Assembly (NCBI GenBank): GCA_963666975.2
Contig: CAXVYR010000004.1
Location: 2,048,001 to 2,112,000, forward strand
Origin: Terriglobia bacterium
GTDB taxonomy: Bacteria; Acidobacteriota; Terriglobia; 2-12-FULL-54-10
Direction of reading: 5' to 3'
Length of the DNA: 64,000 bases
Positions 1 through 11,081 of this stretch are shown one piece after another. Both the position numbers and the translations under genes were made by a program. Numbering within the stretch: position 1 is the stretch's first letter; each line of letters starts with the position of its first letter. The notes beneath the pieces are model-generated. The model had not been told where the DNA came from. It worked only from the letters and a program-made list of their open reading frames with translations, and searched no databases.

Positions 1-624
1 CTGCTCCGACTGAATCCCCGTTACTATGACGCGTATCTCATCCCCGGCATCTTTGACTTCGTTCTTGGAAGCCTGCCGAAGCCGCTGAGGATGATGCTGT
101 ACTTTGCCGGTCTCAGCGGCGATAAGCAGCGGGGCATACAAGCGGTGAAAAGCGTCACGGTATGGGGCCAGAATGCAAAAGAGTCCGCGAAAATTCTTCT
201 GACGATCATGTATCGCCGGGAAAGGCGGCACACCGACGCGCGGCAGGTTATCGAAGGTTTGGCAAAATCCTATCCTCGCAATTACATTTTTCCGCTGGAG
301 GTTGCCTCGCTCTATCACAGCGAAGGAGAGGACGAAGAGGCAATCCGGGGATATACACAGGTGCTCGAACAGGTTCGGCGGGAACGAGCAGGATACGCCG
401 AATTGCCGGTTGCGCGCATCCATTTTGAGCTGGGAGTGCTCTACCGGAACGAAGAAGATTTGGAGTTAGCCCTGCGACACCTGGAACAGGTCCCCGGCTC
501 CAAGGGCAGCACGCCGGAGATGGAAAAAGAGAGCGCCCTGTTGCGCCAGCAGATTGAAGCGACCCTCCAGCAGCAAGAACAAGCGGATAGCGAAACTCCC
601 GCTAGCCTCGCCCCCGCCAGCTAG
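1..624 (+). CDS. TPR-repeat protein, C-terminal part (5' end outside window)
   Basis: Frame is open from base 1; helical TPR-like segments such as ARIHFELGVLYRNEEDLELALRHLEQV. Confidence 0.7.
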   Translation: MLRLNPRYYDAYLIPGIFDFVLGSLPKPLRMMLYFAGLSGDKQRGIQAVKSVTVWGQNAKESAKILLTIMYRRERRHTDARQVIEGLAKSYPRNYIFPLEVASLYHSEGEDEEAIRGYTQVLEQVRRERAGYAELPVARIHFELGVLYRNEEDLELALRHLEQVPGSKGSTPEMEKESALLRQQIEATLQQQEQADSETPASLAPAS

Positions 625-683
625 CCCGATCCCCAACAATTAGCCCGCTCCTGCCAATTAGAAGGATTCGCCGCAGCTCCTGC

Positions 684-2069
684 TCATTCCGGATTAATTT
701 TTTTCACCTGCGCGCCCAACGTGCCGTGGGCCAGCCGCAAAGTAATCTCCTCATCCGGGGAAACCTGCTCCGCATCTTTTAACACGGCCCCGGAAGAATC
801 AAACGCGATGGCGTAGCCGCGTTCCATGACGCGCTGGGGGCTGAGCTGTTCGAGTTGCGCACGGAGCGATTCGAGCTTCCCCCGCCGCGCGACCAGCAAC
901 AGCCGCGCCTGCTGGCTCAGCAGGGAGTTCAGACGGCTCCAGCGCAGCCTCCGCCGCTCCTGCTGGCCGCGCAGATCCAGGTGCAGTAGAAAAGTGCGAG
1001 GCATTTCCCAGCGCCGCCGGGCCTGGCGCAGGCTCTCCCTCTCGGCCTCGATGAGCCGCCCGGTCAACTCGTCGCTGCGCTGTGAGAATTGGGACAGCAG
1101 CGACCGCAGCGTGCCGAAACTGCGGTGGGAAGCTGCCTCGGTGAGCCGCTGCCGCCGCTGCAACAAAGCATAGCGGACTTTCTCTCGCAGCGTCTGCTCC
1201 CATCCCGCGACACGCTGCTGCAACTGTTCCTTGGTCTCAATCACAATCTCCGCCGCTGCCGACGGAGTGGGGGCGCGCTGGTCAGCCACAAAGTCGGCGA
1301 TGGTGAAGTCGGTCTCATGCCCCACGGCGGAGATGACGGGAATGGCGGAGGCGGCAATCGCGCGGGCCAGCTTTTCTTCGTTGAAGGCCCAAAGGTCTTC
1401 GAGCGACCCGCCGCCGCGGGCGAGGACCAGCACATCGACGGGCATCCCCCGGGGCGGCGGAAGATTGAAAAACCGGACGCCCCCGGCAATCTCCTCCGCC
1501 GCGCCCTCCCCCTGCACGCGGACCGGATAGATCAGCAGGTGGAGATTCTTGTAGCGTCGGCCAAGAATGCGGATCATGTCCGCAATGACCGCTCCGCGAG
1601 GCGAAGTGACAATCCCGATTCGGCGCGGGAGCTTCGGGAGCGGTTTTTTGCGGGCGGCGTCGAACAGCCCCTCGCCCGCCAGTTTCTGCTTCAGTTGCTC
1701 GAAGGCCAGTTGCAGCGCGCCCAGGCCGCGCGGCTCCAGCGACTCTACATATAACTGATACTCGCCTCGCGGCTCATAGACGGTGACCCTGCCGCGCGCC
1801 GTTACTTGCAGGCCGTCCTCGGGCCGAAACCGCAGATACCGCGCCCGCTGCCGCATGCAGATGCACCGCAACTGCGACGATTCGTCCTTCAGCGTGAAAT
1901 ACAGATGGCCGGAAGAGGCCGGGCGAAAATTCGATATCTCCCCCTCGACCCAGATGTCGGCAAACTCCGCCTCCAGCTTGTCGCGGACCAGGCGGCTGAG
2001 TTCACTTACCTTGTAAATTCGCCGCTCTGGAATCAGGTTCAGTTGGAATTGGCCCACGGATATTTCCAT
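684..2069 (-). CDS. xseA: Exodeoxyribonuclease VII large subunit
   Basis: OB-fold motif WVEGEISNF..SSGHLYFTLKD, ARGGGSLEDLWAFNEE, SAVGHETDFTIADFVAD, APTPSAAAE; start approximate. Confidence 0.97.
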   Translation of the reverse strand: MEISVGQFQLNLIPERRIYKVSELSRLVRDKLEAEFADIWVEGEISNFRPASSGHLYFTLKDESSQLRCICMRQRARYLRFRPEDGLQVTARGRVTVYEPRGEYQLYVESLEPRGLGALQLAFEQLKQKLAGEGLFDAARKKPLPKLPRRIGIVTSPRGAVIADMIRILGRRYKNLHLLIYPVRVQGEGAAEEIAGGVRFFNLPPPRGMPVDVLVLARGGGSLEDLWAFNEEKLARAIAASAIPVISAVGHETDFTIADFVADQRAPTPSAAAEIVIETKEQLQQRVAGWEQTLREKVRYALLQRRQRLTEAASHRSFGTLRSLLSQFSQRSDELTGRLIEAERESLRQARRRWEMPRTFLLHLDLRGQQERRRLRWSRLNSLLSQQARLLLVARRGKLESLRAQLEQLSPQRVMERGYAIAFDSSGAVLKDAEQVSPDEEITLRLAHGTLGAQVKKINPE

Positions 2070-2107
2070 AGGAAGCGCGCGGACTCGAGTATTTCCTCGT
2101 AGAACTT

Positions 2108-2261
2108 GCAAGCTGCTGAAAAATTACGTTTCGCTGTCATTCCGAGCGGAGCGAGGAATCTGCTTTTGTCTTACGCTGGCGAAAAACAAAGCAGATTCCT
2201 CAGCCCGGCAAAACGCGCCGGGCTTCGGAATGACCTCTCGGGGACTTTTTCAGCAACCTGC
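2108..2261. repeat. MITE/REP-like nested palindromic element
   Basis: Terminal inverted repeats gcaagctgctgaaaaa / tttttcagcaacctgc; inner pairs gtcattccga/tcggaatgac and gaggaatctgcttt/aaagcagattcctc. Confidence 0.75.
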
Positions 2262-2280
2262 TCGGGGTGGAATTCGATTC

Positions 2281-2515
2281 TCACCGTTCGAGGGCTTCAC
2301 GGGCTTTCCGAAAAGCCTCCGCGGCCTCGATGCCCTGGACCTTGCCCGTCCGAAGCTCCTCAAGCCGCCGTTCTGCCTCCGCCGCCCAACAGCGGTTCCA
2401 CGCCGGTTTCTATCTGATTGTCGAGATTGGGGATCAGCCGCTGAGCCAGCCTCACCCGGTCCCGCAGGGAAAGCTTCATGGCATCCGCCGCGATTTCATC
2501 AAAGGGAGTGTCCAT
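2281..2515 (-). pseudogene. Addiction-module (unstable antitoxin-type) protein with a 1-nt frameshift
   Basis: MDTPFDEIAADAMKLSLRDRVRLAQRLI..VEPL continues in another frame as WAAEAERRLEELRTGKVQGIEAAEAFRKAREALER*. Confidence 0.7.
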
Positions 2516-2638
2516 TCCAGTTGCCTCCACGCTCATCCCTCTGAGCACAGCATAGCAGAACGAAGGAGGCCGCTCCAACGCCCCAATGGGGCAGAAAAAG
2601 CCCACGGCGAAGAAATCCTTTCGGCGTGGCTGCCTACT

Positions 2639-3409
2639 TTACGGCGCATCCGCCTCACCCTCCGCAAGCTTGCGCCAACCTTGCTCCTCCTCTTCCATGG
2701 CGCGAACGCCTTTTTCCACATAGTAAAGCAAGGACCGTGCTCCCCAAGGCCCGATATTGGGAGGAAATAGAACGGGTGAATGACCGTAGTGCGTTCCAAG
2801 CAAAGCGTGCAAATCGCGGATGGATGCCAGCGCATCTTCGACCTTTTTGGCTTCAACGGCCGGCAGAGGTACGGGGTGCATCCCACGCCGAGTCATCAGG
2901 TCGATGTGAGCCCATCGGCGGTTGCGCCAAGCGCGGGCGAACTCGCAGTTTCTGAGTATCTCCTGCGTAGCGGCCTCAACACGAGCCTTCAGCGATGGGT
3001 CAGGAATTAAGTCAGCCAGTCTTTGAAGACTGAGATTGGGCACTTTCTTTTTCAGGTCCGAACTCCATGCCTCTGGTGGGTCGGTAAGACGGCACAAGTG
3101 TAACAGGAGACTTTCCCAGAACGACTGCTGAACTAAATAGAAGAAACTAGATGCCACTTTGTTCAACAGGTCGATGCGCTCCGACCCCTTGCCGTAAAGC
3201 TCCTGAAGCTCGCCCCACTTCTCGTGCAAGCATGACACCTCGTCTTCCACTTCGAGATACAGCTGGCCCATGTCTGCCCCCATCGAACGAACATAGTCGG
3301 CTAGAGTTTCATCATGAGTACGGCTATCCTGCACTTTTTCCTCCCGTAGCTTGGTAGTCACGGCGAGCATTTCCCTCGCCGTGGGTCCTTCTTTCGCCCG
3401 CCGCGACAT
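2639..3409 (-). CDS. HEPN-domain protein, AbiU2-like putative RNase
   Basis: All-helical; LLLHLCRLTDP..NLSLQRL and Rx4-6H motif RNRRWAH. Confidence 0.7.
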   Translation of the reverse strand: MSRRAKEGPTAREMLAVTTKLREEKVQDSRTHDETLADYVRSMGADMGQLYLEVEDEVSCLHEKWGELQELYGKGSERIDLLNKVASSFFYLVQQSFWESLLLHLCRLTDPPEAWSSDLKKKVPNLSLQRLADLIPDPSLKARVEAATQEILRNCEFARAWRNRRWAHIDLMTRRGMHPVPLPAVEAKKVEDALASIRDLHALLGTHYGHSPVLFPPNIGPWGARSLLYYVEKGVRAMEEEEQGWRKLAEGEADAP

Positions 3410-3436
3410 TCGAAGTTCCTCGGCGGCAACGCCGGG

Positions 3437-3697
3437 TTAGGCTGCCGAGTCGCGAGCTACTTCCCATCCCGGAAAGACCAAGACCGCCGGATGGCACTTC
3501 AAGGCTCTCGCGAGAACCTTGGCTCGCTCGACGCCTAACCGGATGCGATCATTCTCGATGGCGGAAAGGGTTGCCTGAGGAATGCCCGTCAGCCTGGCCA
3601 GTTCATTCTGGCTGTACCCTTGTAACTTTCGAATGATGCGAACAGACTCTCCTACCGAGACCTCAATGCGCTTTCTCGCTGGACGGAAGGTTTTCAT
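3437..3697 (-). CDS. higA: XRE-family HTH antitoxin (HigA-like)
   Basis: SQNELARLTGIPQATLSAIEN HTH; lies 1 nt downstream of a RelE-like toxin. Confidence 0.8.
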   Translation of the reverse strand: MKTFRPARKRIEVSVGESVRIIRKLQGYSQNELARLTGIPQATLSAIENDRIRLGVERAKVLARALKCHPAVLVFPGWEVARDSAA

Positions 3698-3698
3698 T

Positions 3699-3980
3699 TT
3701 ATAGTCTCCGATACTCGTGCGCCGTAATATGAACCACCTGGAACAAGGACTGTTGGGGAACCACCCGATAAATCACCCGGTACTGTAAACCCAGACGGGA
3801 CGACCGATACCCAAGCCATTTTCCGTGAAGGGCTTCATCATGGAGTCCTTTGATCAGTCGCAACCCAGGCGGACCGGAGATCATGGCGATGTCTTTCCAC
3901 TTCTCGTAACGCTTCAGGATTTCACGAGGCGCAGCATCGAGTTGTTTCTCAACCCGACGGTGCTCTTCGATCTGCCACAT
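3699..3980 (-). CDS. higB: RelE/HigB-family mRNA interferase toxin
   Basis: GLHDEALHGKWLGYRSSRLGLQYRVIY; toxin-first gene order. Confidence 0.8.
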   Translation of the reverse strand: MWQIEEHRRVEKQLDAAPREILKRYEKWKDIAMISGPPGLRLIKGLHDEALHGKWLGYRSSRLGLQYRVIYRVVPQQSLFQVVHITAHEYRRL

Positions 3981-3985
3981 GCAGC

Positions 3986-4015
3986 AGTTTAGACATATCT
4001 AATATAGTATGTCAA
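3986..4015 (-). promoter_or_regulatory. sigma70-like promoter with palindromic operator for higBA
   Basis: TTGACA-18 nt-TAAACT on the minus strand, 5 nt before the ATG; gacata..tatgtc palindrome at 3992-4013. Confidence 0.65.
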
Positions 4016-4073
4016 GGAAGAATCCAGGGCGAGGAAAACGCTCGTTGTACCTATCCCTAAATTATTCCGCAGT

Positions 4074-4298
4074 TCACCGGCGGCCCAGGAACCAAAACAG
4101 CAGTGTCAGGACCAGGCTGAGCAGGACGGAGGTGACGATAGGGAAATAGAAGGTGAAGTTGCCCCGGCGATAAATGATATCGCCCGGCAAGCGGCCGAAG
4201 CGGAAGAAAGAAAAGCGATCCGCCAACAGGAACAGCAGTCCCAGCGTCACAAAAACGACGCCGAGGGTGATCAGAATCTTGCCCAGGCTGGGAAGCAT
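4074..4298 (-). CDS. DUF2905-family small membrane protein
   Basis: GRLPGDIIYRRGNFTFYFPIVTSVLLSLVLTLL. Confidence 0.85.
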   Translation of the reverse strand: MLPSLGKILITLGVVFVTLGLLFLLADRFSFFRFGRLPGDIIYRRGNFTFYFPIVTSVLLSLVLTLLFWFLGRR

Positions 4299-4332
4299 GG
4301 AAACACCGGAAGGATGACGCCAGCGGCAACCT

Positions 4333-4755
4333 TTAGCCCACAATCTCCATCTTGCCAAAGAAGTAGGAAATCTCGAAAGCGGCCGTCTCCGGGGCGTCGG
4401 AACCGTGAATCACGTTCCGCTCGATGGAGGTTGCGAACTGTTTTCGCAAGGTGCCCGGCTGGGCTTCGGCGGGGTTGGTGGCTCCCATCACCTTGCGCAG
4501 GCGCTCGATGGCGTTTTCGGCTTCCAGCACCATCACAACGATCCGGCCCGAGCACATAAAATCGGTCAGGCTGCCGAAAAACTTCTTGTCGCGGTGGACC
4601 GCATAGAAGCCCTCCGCCTGCTGCTTGCTGAGGCGCAGCATCTTCATGGCGGCGATCCGGAAGTTCTGGCTTTCAAACGCCCGGATAATGTCGCCGATGA
4701 CGTTCTGCTCGACTCCGTCCGGCTTGATAATGGTCAGGGTTCGTTCCAGGGCCAA
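4333..4755 (-). CDS. ndk: Nucleoside diphosphate kinase
   Basis: [25 protein letters not shown]. Confidence 0.98.
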   Translation of the reverse strand: MALERTLTIIKPDGVEQNVIGDIIRAFESQNFRIAAMKMLRLSKQQAEGFYAVHRDKKFFGSLTDFMCSGRIVVMVLEAENAIERLRKVMGATNPAEAQPGTLRKQFATSIERNVIHGSDAPETAAFEISYFFGKMEIVG

Positions 4756-4817
4756 GGGTTTCCCTCAATTTGATTTGATTGCTCTGCGTACTGGGCAGGC
4801 TGAGGACAGATTCTCTT

Positions 4818-6077
4818 TCACTTTTTAGGCATGGACTTGTAGATGGCGAAACAAGGGCTGGCGCGCACGACTTGATACCGGTCCGGGTCCGGCCCTATCG
4901 ACTCATAAAACTCTTTCATGTATTTCTCCGCCAGGGCCTCATCGCCGGTCTCCAGCGCAACCCGGCTGAGCAGGCTCAAACCGTCCTGCTGCATCACCTC
5001 TCTCTCGATGTCCGGGTAGACCTTCCCGTTGGGTCCGGCGTACCACTCCACGCTTTCCTGAATAAAAGCCATCGCCCCTGGCTTTTTCAATTGCAGGCCG
5101 GCCATTCCCAGGTTCATCAGCACGCGGCCGCGAACCCGGTCTTCGCCGCTCTGCTTGGCCACCTCCAGGGCTACGCCGAGAGTCTCCCAGGCGCTGGAAA
5201 ACTTTCCCTGCCGCAGCTGGACGTTGGCGATGGTCAGCAGCGCATTGGCTTGCCATGTCCCGCGGCCCATCCTCTTAAAGGCGGCCAGGGCGGGCTCCAT
5301 GTAAGCCATCGACAAGTCGGGCTCTCCCACCCAAACGTGGGTGTTGCCAATGTTCATCCGAATCATGCCGGGATACATGTTGCCACCCATCTGGTCGGCC
5401 AAACGGAGCGCTTCTTGATAAGCCGCGAGTCCGCGATCGGGCTGGACCATGCGGATCAAAGTGGAGCCCATGTTGTTCTTCGCCGACACCATGATGCGCA
5501 GATCGTCCACCTCTTCCGCCAGGACAAAGCCGGCCTGCAACCGTTCCAGCGCCAGATTGTAAAACTCATTGGCTTCTTCCCAGTCGAGATGATCGCCGCA
5601 GGCATCCTCCCCGGCATGTGTGTATAAGGCTCCTTCGAAGCGCAGCCTGCGAGCCTCGATCCGTTTATACAGGACATCGTCGCCGCTCAGGCGGCGATAG
5701 ACGTCGAACAGCTTCGCGTAACGGCCGACCTCCTCCAGGAAATTTTCCAGGACCGCAGTATGGATTTCGTGCCCGGAGGTGGCTCCGTAGCGGCCCATCT
5801 GGTCAAATTTCCGGTCCAGTTCTCCCAGCACGCCCTCGAGCCGTTGCTTCACAACCTCAAGATTTTCCGCCATCAGCCGTTCGGCGCCCGCCACGTCGCC
5901 TTGGTCCAGCTTCGTCAGCAGAATCACCAGGGGAACAGGGTCTGAAGAAGGAGTGACCTGCGCCTCCAAAAGGCCGGCGTTCCTGCCGGACGGGTACACC
6001 GCGAACCAGAAAAGAAACAAGACTGCGAGAATTCCGATTCTCCGCCGATGGGCTCTTCTTGCGGGTCCTTTTTCCAT
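4818..6077 (-). CDS. Membrane-anchored or secreted TPR protein
   Basis: N-terminal hydrophobic segment; repeated NNMGSTL/MNIGNTH/MNLGMAG TPR helices. Confidence 0.7.
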   Translation of the reverse strand: MEKGPARRAHRRRIGILAVLFLFWFAVYPSGRNAGLLEAQVTPSSDPVPLVILLTKLDQGDVAGAERLMAENLEVVKQRLEGVLGELDRKFDQMGRYGATSGHEIHTAVLENFLEEVGRYAKLFDVYRRLSGDDVLYKRIEARRLRFEGALYTHAGEDACGDHLDWEEANEFYNLALERLQAGFVLAEEVDDLRIMVSAKNNMGSTLIRMVQPDRGLAAYQEALRLADQMGGNMYPGMIRMNIGNTHVWVGEPDLSMAYMEPALAAFKRMGRGTWQANALLTIANVQLRQGKFSSAWETLGVALEVAKQSGEDRVRGRVLMNLGMAGLQLKKPGAMAFIQESVEWYAGPNGKVYPDIEREVMQQDGLSLLSRVALETGDEALAEKYMKEFYESIGPDPDRYQVVRASPCFAIYKSMPKK

Positions 6078-6199
6078 GGGCCACCCTCACTTTATGCGAA
6101 TAGGCTACAACAGCAACTATAGCTTAATTCTAAAGCTAAACGCGCAGAGTGTAAACTCAAAAGGAGAAAAACAGGGGGGGGACAGGATACGGACCGTTT

Positions 6200-7081
6200 T
6201 CAGCGTCCGGCCGCCGGAGCCAGCCGGGCGGCGACCGCCTCGCCGATCTGTGCCGGGCTGTCAACAACGGTGATTCCGGCCTCTTTCATCGTCGCCATTT
6301 TCTCGCGGGCTGTTTCCTTCCCGCCGCTGATGATGGCCCCGGCGTGTCCCATCCTTCTGCCCGGAGGGGCGGTCTGTCCGGCGATGAAGCCGACTACCGG
6401 CTTCTTTACATTCTCTTTGACGTACAGTGCGGCGGTTTCTTCCGCCGTCCCGCCGATCTCCCCGATCATGACTACAGCGTGGGTGTCCGGGTCGGCATTA
6501 AACAGTTCGATGGCGTCCAGGAAACTGGTGCCGATGATGGGATCGCCTCCGATGCCGATGCATGTGGATTGCCCGATGCCGAGCGCCGTCAACTGCCCTA
6601 CGGCCTCATAGGTAAGCGTCCCGCTGCGCGAGACCACGCCCACATTTCCCGCCCGGTGGATATGGCCTGGCATGATGCCGATCTTGCACTTGTCCGGCGA
6701 GATGACGCCCGGACAGTTGGGGCCGATCAGCCGTGTCTGCGTGGTCTGCAGATAGGCGTTGACCCGAATCATGTCGAAGGTGGGAATCCCTTCGGTAATG
6801 CAGACCACCAGGGGGATGCCGGAATCGGCAGCCTCCATGATGGCGTCGGCGGCAAACGGGGCGGGAACGAAGATGACCGAGGCGTTGGGTTTCACCGCTC
6901 TGTTCGCCGCAGCCACAGAATCAAACAGCGGCAGACCGTCCTGCTGCGTGCCGCCCTTGCCGGGCTTCACGGCCCCAACCACATTGGTCCCATACTGGAT
7001 CGCCTGCTGTGTGTGGAAGCTGCCTTCCCGGCCCAGCCCTTGAACCAACAACCGCGTGTTCTTGCCGATCAATATGCTCAT
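6200..7081 (-). CDS. sucD: Succinyl-CoA synthetase alpha subunit
   Basis: [27 protein letters not shown]. Confidence 0.98.
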   Translation of the reverse strand: MSILIGKNTRLLVQGLGREGSFHTQQAIQYGTNVVGAVKPGKGGTQQDGLPLFDSVAAANRAVKPNASVIFVPAPFAADAIMEAADSGIPLVVCITEGIPTFDMIRVNAYLQTTQTRLIGPNCPGVISPDKCKIGIMPGHIHRAGNVGVVSRSGTLTYEAVGQLTALGIGQSTCIGIGGDPIIGTSFLDAIELFNADPDTHAVVMIGEIGGTAEETAALYVKENVKKPVVGFIAGQTAPPGRRMGHAGAIISGGKETAREKMATMKEAGITVVDSPAQIGEAVAARLAPAAGR

Positions 7082-7094
7082 TTCAAACACCCGA

Positions 7095-7250
7095 AGCAAA
7101 GGAAGCGAAGAAGTATAGGAAGCATACGAGGCAGAGGAAGTCGGTTCTTGTAGTGAAAGCCAACAAGCAATACCAAGGGAAGCTCCGAATTCTTTGTAAG
7201 GGGTTCTCCTCTGCTTCCTTTGCCTCCTCTGCCTCCTATGCCTCTTTTGC
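7095..7250. repeat. Inverted arrays of ~9-bp tandem units between sucC and sucD
   Basis: gcaaaggaa-gcgaagaa..gcagaggaa array opposite ctcctctgc-ttcctttgc-ctcctctgc-ctcctatgc array. Confidence 0.55.
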
Positions 7251-8399
7251 TAACCGCACCACCTTCTCGGCGGCGTCCCGCATTCCGTCGGCGACGGTAA
7301 AATTCAACTTGGAGTCCTGCAAAATCTGCTGCCCTTGCTCCACATTTGTGCCTTCCAGGCGAACCACGACCGGGATTTTTACGCCCAGCGCCTTGGCTGC
7401 CTCCACCACGCCGCTGGCCACAATGTCGCAGCGCATGATCCCGCCAAAGATGTTGATCAGCACGGCGCGCACGTTGCGGTCCGAGAGCAGTATCTCAAAG
7501 GCGTGGCGAACCTGCTCGGCGCTGGCTCCTCCCCCTACGTCGAGAAAGTTGGCTGGACTCCCCCCCGCGTACTGGATGATGTCCATGGTGCCCATGGCGA
7601 GTCCCGCCCCGTTCACCATGCAGCCTACGGTTCCATCCAGTTTGATATAGTTCAGCCCGTATTTGGTTGCCTCGATCTCCAGCGGGTCCTCTTCAGCGAG
7701 GTCGCGCAGTTTCCCGATCTCCTCGTGGCGGTACAGGGCGTTGTCATCGAAGGTCATCTTGGCGTCGAGCGCCAGCAGCCGCCCGTCGGTTGCCAATATG
7801 AAAGGGTTGATCTCCGCCAGCGATGCGTCGGTAGCTTCAAAAGCGCGGTACAGCGCCATCATGAGCGCGGTGGCCTGCGGGATGCTGCCCGCAGGCAGCC
7901 CCAAACCAAAGGCGAGCTTCCGCGCCTGAAAAGCTTGCAGGCCCGCGCCCGGACGGATGGTCTCGCGCAAAATCAGCTCGGGAGTCTCTTCCGCCACCTT
8001 CTCAATCTCCACGCCCCCGGCGGCGCTCGCCATGAAGACCGGTGAAGCGGTGACGCGGTCAATCACGATGCCGAGGTAGAGTTCCCGTTCAATCGGCAAG
8101 GTCTCCTCGATCAGCACCTGCCGCACCTCTTGTCCTTCGGGGCCGGTCTGAATGGTGACCAGCTTCTTTCCCAGAATCTTCTCGGCCACCGTTTGAGCCT
8201 CTTCCGGCGTCTTGGCAATTTCCACCCCCCCCGCTTTGCCGCGGCCACCGGCGTGAATCTGCGCTTTGACGACCACCGCGCCGCCCAGTTTGCGGGCTAT
8301 CGCCGCAGCCCCGGCGCCATCCTGCGCGGTTTCACCCCGGGGGACGGCCACGCCGAAACTCTTCAGGATTTGCTTGCCTTGAAATTCGTGGATTTTCAT
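7236..8399 (-). CDS. sucC: Succinyl-CoA synthetase beta subunit
   Basis: [44 protein letters not shown]. Confidence 0.98.
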   Translation of the reverse strand: MKIHEFQGKQILKSFGVAVPRGETAQDGAGAAAIARKLGGAVVVKAQIHAGGRGKAGGVEIAKTPEEAQTVAEKILGKKLVTIQTGPEGQEVRQVLIEETLPIERELYLGIVIDRVTASPVFMASAAGGVEIEKVAEETPELILRETIRPGAGLQAFQARKLAFGLGLPAGSIPQATALMMALYRAFEATDASLAEINPFILATDGRLLALDAKMTFDDNALYRHEEIGKLRDLAEEDPLEIEATKYGLNYIKLDGTVGCMVNGAGLAMGTMDIIQYAGGSPANFLDVGGGASAEQVRHAFEILLSDRNVRAVLINIFGGIMRCDIVASGVVEAAKALGVKIPVVVRLEGTNVEQGQQILQDSKLNFTVADGMRDAAEKVVRLAKEA

Positions 8400-8542
8400 G
8401 TGTGGCGTTCTGTTCTTGCCGTTTTACAGGTAGCGGGAAGTCGGATAAAATATCATATCGTCACTCACTGCATAAACAACGAGCAGAAAGAAAAGGTACT
8501 ATAAAGAAAGGTCGCGGCAAAAGCAATACGCCAGCCCCCAAA

Positions 8543-9661
8543 GTGCCCCCTAGCAACGCTGATTCACAAAACAGCGCTTCACAAAACAGCTCCGCACAAA
8601 ATGGCGCTCTGGTTGCCGGCATTCGGCAGAGCGCGGCGCGGCAGGACCTCACCCGCCAGCAAGCCCGGGCGGTGATGGAGGAAATCCTCTCCGGCACGGC
8701 CAGCAATCCGCAGATCGCAATGTTTCTGATGGCGCTGCGCATGAAGGGAGAGTCGGTGGAGGAGCTGATCGGTTTTGCCCAGGCGGTCAGGGCACGGGCG
8801 CTTGCCGTGCGCCCTCATCTGCGTGTGGAAGAGGAGCTGTCCGGCACAGACCGCGACGCTCTGGTGGACACCTGCGGCACCGGCGGGGACGCCAGCGGGA
8901 CCTTCAATATCTCCACGGCAACGGCGTTCGTGGCGGCCGGTTGCGGAGTGCTGGTGGCCAAACATTGCAACCGGTCGATCTCCAGCCGCTGCGGCAGCGC
9001 GGACGTGGTGGAGGCTCTGGGAGTGAAGCTCCGCCTGCCGCCGGAGCGGATCGCCGAGTGTATTGACGAGGTGGGTATCGGGTTTTTGTTCGCTCCCGCG
9101 TTGCACGGCGCGTGGAAATACGCCCAGCCGGTGCGCCGGGAACTGCGGGTTCGCACGGTCTTCAACATGCTCGGTCCGCTGTGCAATCCTGCGGGCGCCT
9201 CCGCGCAAGTGGTGGGCGTTTATGACGGCCGCCTGACCGGGCTTCTGGCCCAAGCCCTGGTGGAGCTGGGGATGCGCCGCGGCTTTGTGGTGCATGGTGC
9301 CGACGGCCTGGATGAGATCACCAATACGGGGGAAACGGCGGTCGCCGAGGTGGACCGGGGGCAGGTCACGATGAAAACGCTGCGCCCGGAAGAGTTCGGC
9401 ATTCCCCGATGCAGCCTCTCGGACCTGCAAGGCGGCGATGTCGCCGAAAACGTACAGATCATCCAGAGCGTCCTGGAAGGACGAACCGGCCCCCGGCGCG
9501 ACGTGGTTCTGTTGAATGCCGCCGCAGCCCTGGCCGCCTCCGGCCGCGCTCCCGACCTCCGGGCCGGTATGCGGATGGCTGCTGAATCCATCGATTCCCG
9601 CGCCGCCCTCGGCAAGCTGCGCGCGCTGGCCGAGTTCAGCAACCGTGACTTTGGTGATTAA
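8543..9661 (+). CDS. trpD: Anthranilate phosphoribosyltransferase
   Basis: [37 protein letters not shown]; start uncertain (ORF open from 8402). Confidence 0.96.
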   Translation: MPPSNADSQNSASQNSSAQNGALVAGIRQSAARQDLTRQQARAVMEEILSGTASNPQIAMFLMALRMKGESVEELIGFAQAVRARALAVRPHLRVEEELSGTDRDALVDTCGTGGDASGTFNISTATAFVAAGCGVLVAKHCNRSISSRCGSADVVEALGVKLRLPPERIAECIDEVGIGFLFAPALHGAWKYAQPVRRELRVRTVFNMLGPLCNPAGASAQVVGVYDGRLTGLLAQALVELGMRRGFVVHGADGLDEITNTGETAVAEVDRGQVTMKTLRPEEFGIPRCSLSDLQGGDVAENVQIIQSVLEGRTGPRRDVVLLNAAAALAASGRAPDLRAGMRMAAESIDSRAALGKLRALAEFSNRDFGD

Positions 9662-9785
9662 CGATGTGGACGGCCATCCGGCCACCATGCTCTTCGCCGC
9701 ACTGCTCCGTACTTGTTATCAAAAAAGCAGTGCCGCATTGTAACTATTGCAACTGAGGCTCAATCACATAAGAGGAGAACCTGAC

Positions 9786-10213
9786 ATGGCAAAACCCATT
9801 TACGTTAGGAATCTTCGCAAGGAGGACCTGTCCGCAATTGTAGATATTGAAGACCGCGCTACTGGGAGGCAAGAATCGACATCTCGGAAGCCATACGTCC
9901 CTACTGGGCCTCGCTCGTCGCCGAGGCAGACAACCGCGTTGCAGGTTTCGTCTTTGGCCGCGCTGGCGAGTTGGAGTTCGGCCTGCCCGGAACCGTTGCC
10001 TGGATTGAGATCATCGGCGTGGACCCGGCCTACAGGCGTCAGGGAATCGCCGCCAAGTTGATCGAAGAGTTCACTTCCTCAGCCGAGGACCACGGAATCA
10101 AAAAAATTCTCACTCTGATCAGCAAGAGCAGCACGGAGATGGAACACTTCTTTACCCGGCTGGGATTTGCCCAGGGGCAGATGACCCATTTCCAAAAGGA
10201 TCTCAAGAGTTGA
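9786..10213 (+). pseudogene. GNAT N-acetyltransferase with a frameshift near 9860
   Basis: MAKPIYVRNLRKEDLSAIVDIE in one frame; WEARIDISE..IIGVDPAYRRQGIAAKL..FFTRLGF in another. Confidence 0.75.
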
Positions 10214-10451
10214 CGGTCCAGGCCGCTGTTTGAAAGAATCAATTGCTTCATTGCAAGAGTGGATGCGGGCCGTGGGCTTTGCTCTAGCGTTTGTGACCGC
10301 CTGCCGATCCATCATCTTTCGGCTTCGCTCGGGACAGGCGCACGCGGCCCGCCGGACCGAAGGTCCTCTGGACCGCAGGCAGGCTCGGATTGGATTTACT
10401 TTGGAAACAGAAACATTAACGTCTCGCCATAAATAGGGTTATTGGCACTAA

Positions 10452-11039
<588 letters not shown>

Positions 11040-11081
11040 CTGTTCAGATTCTTTGGTTCACAATCTTGGGCTCAGATTCTT

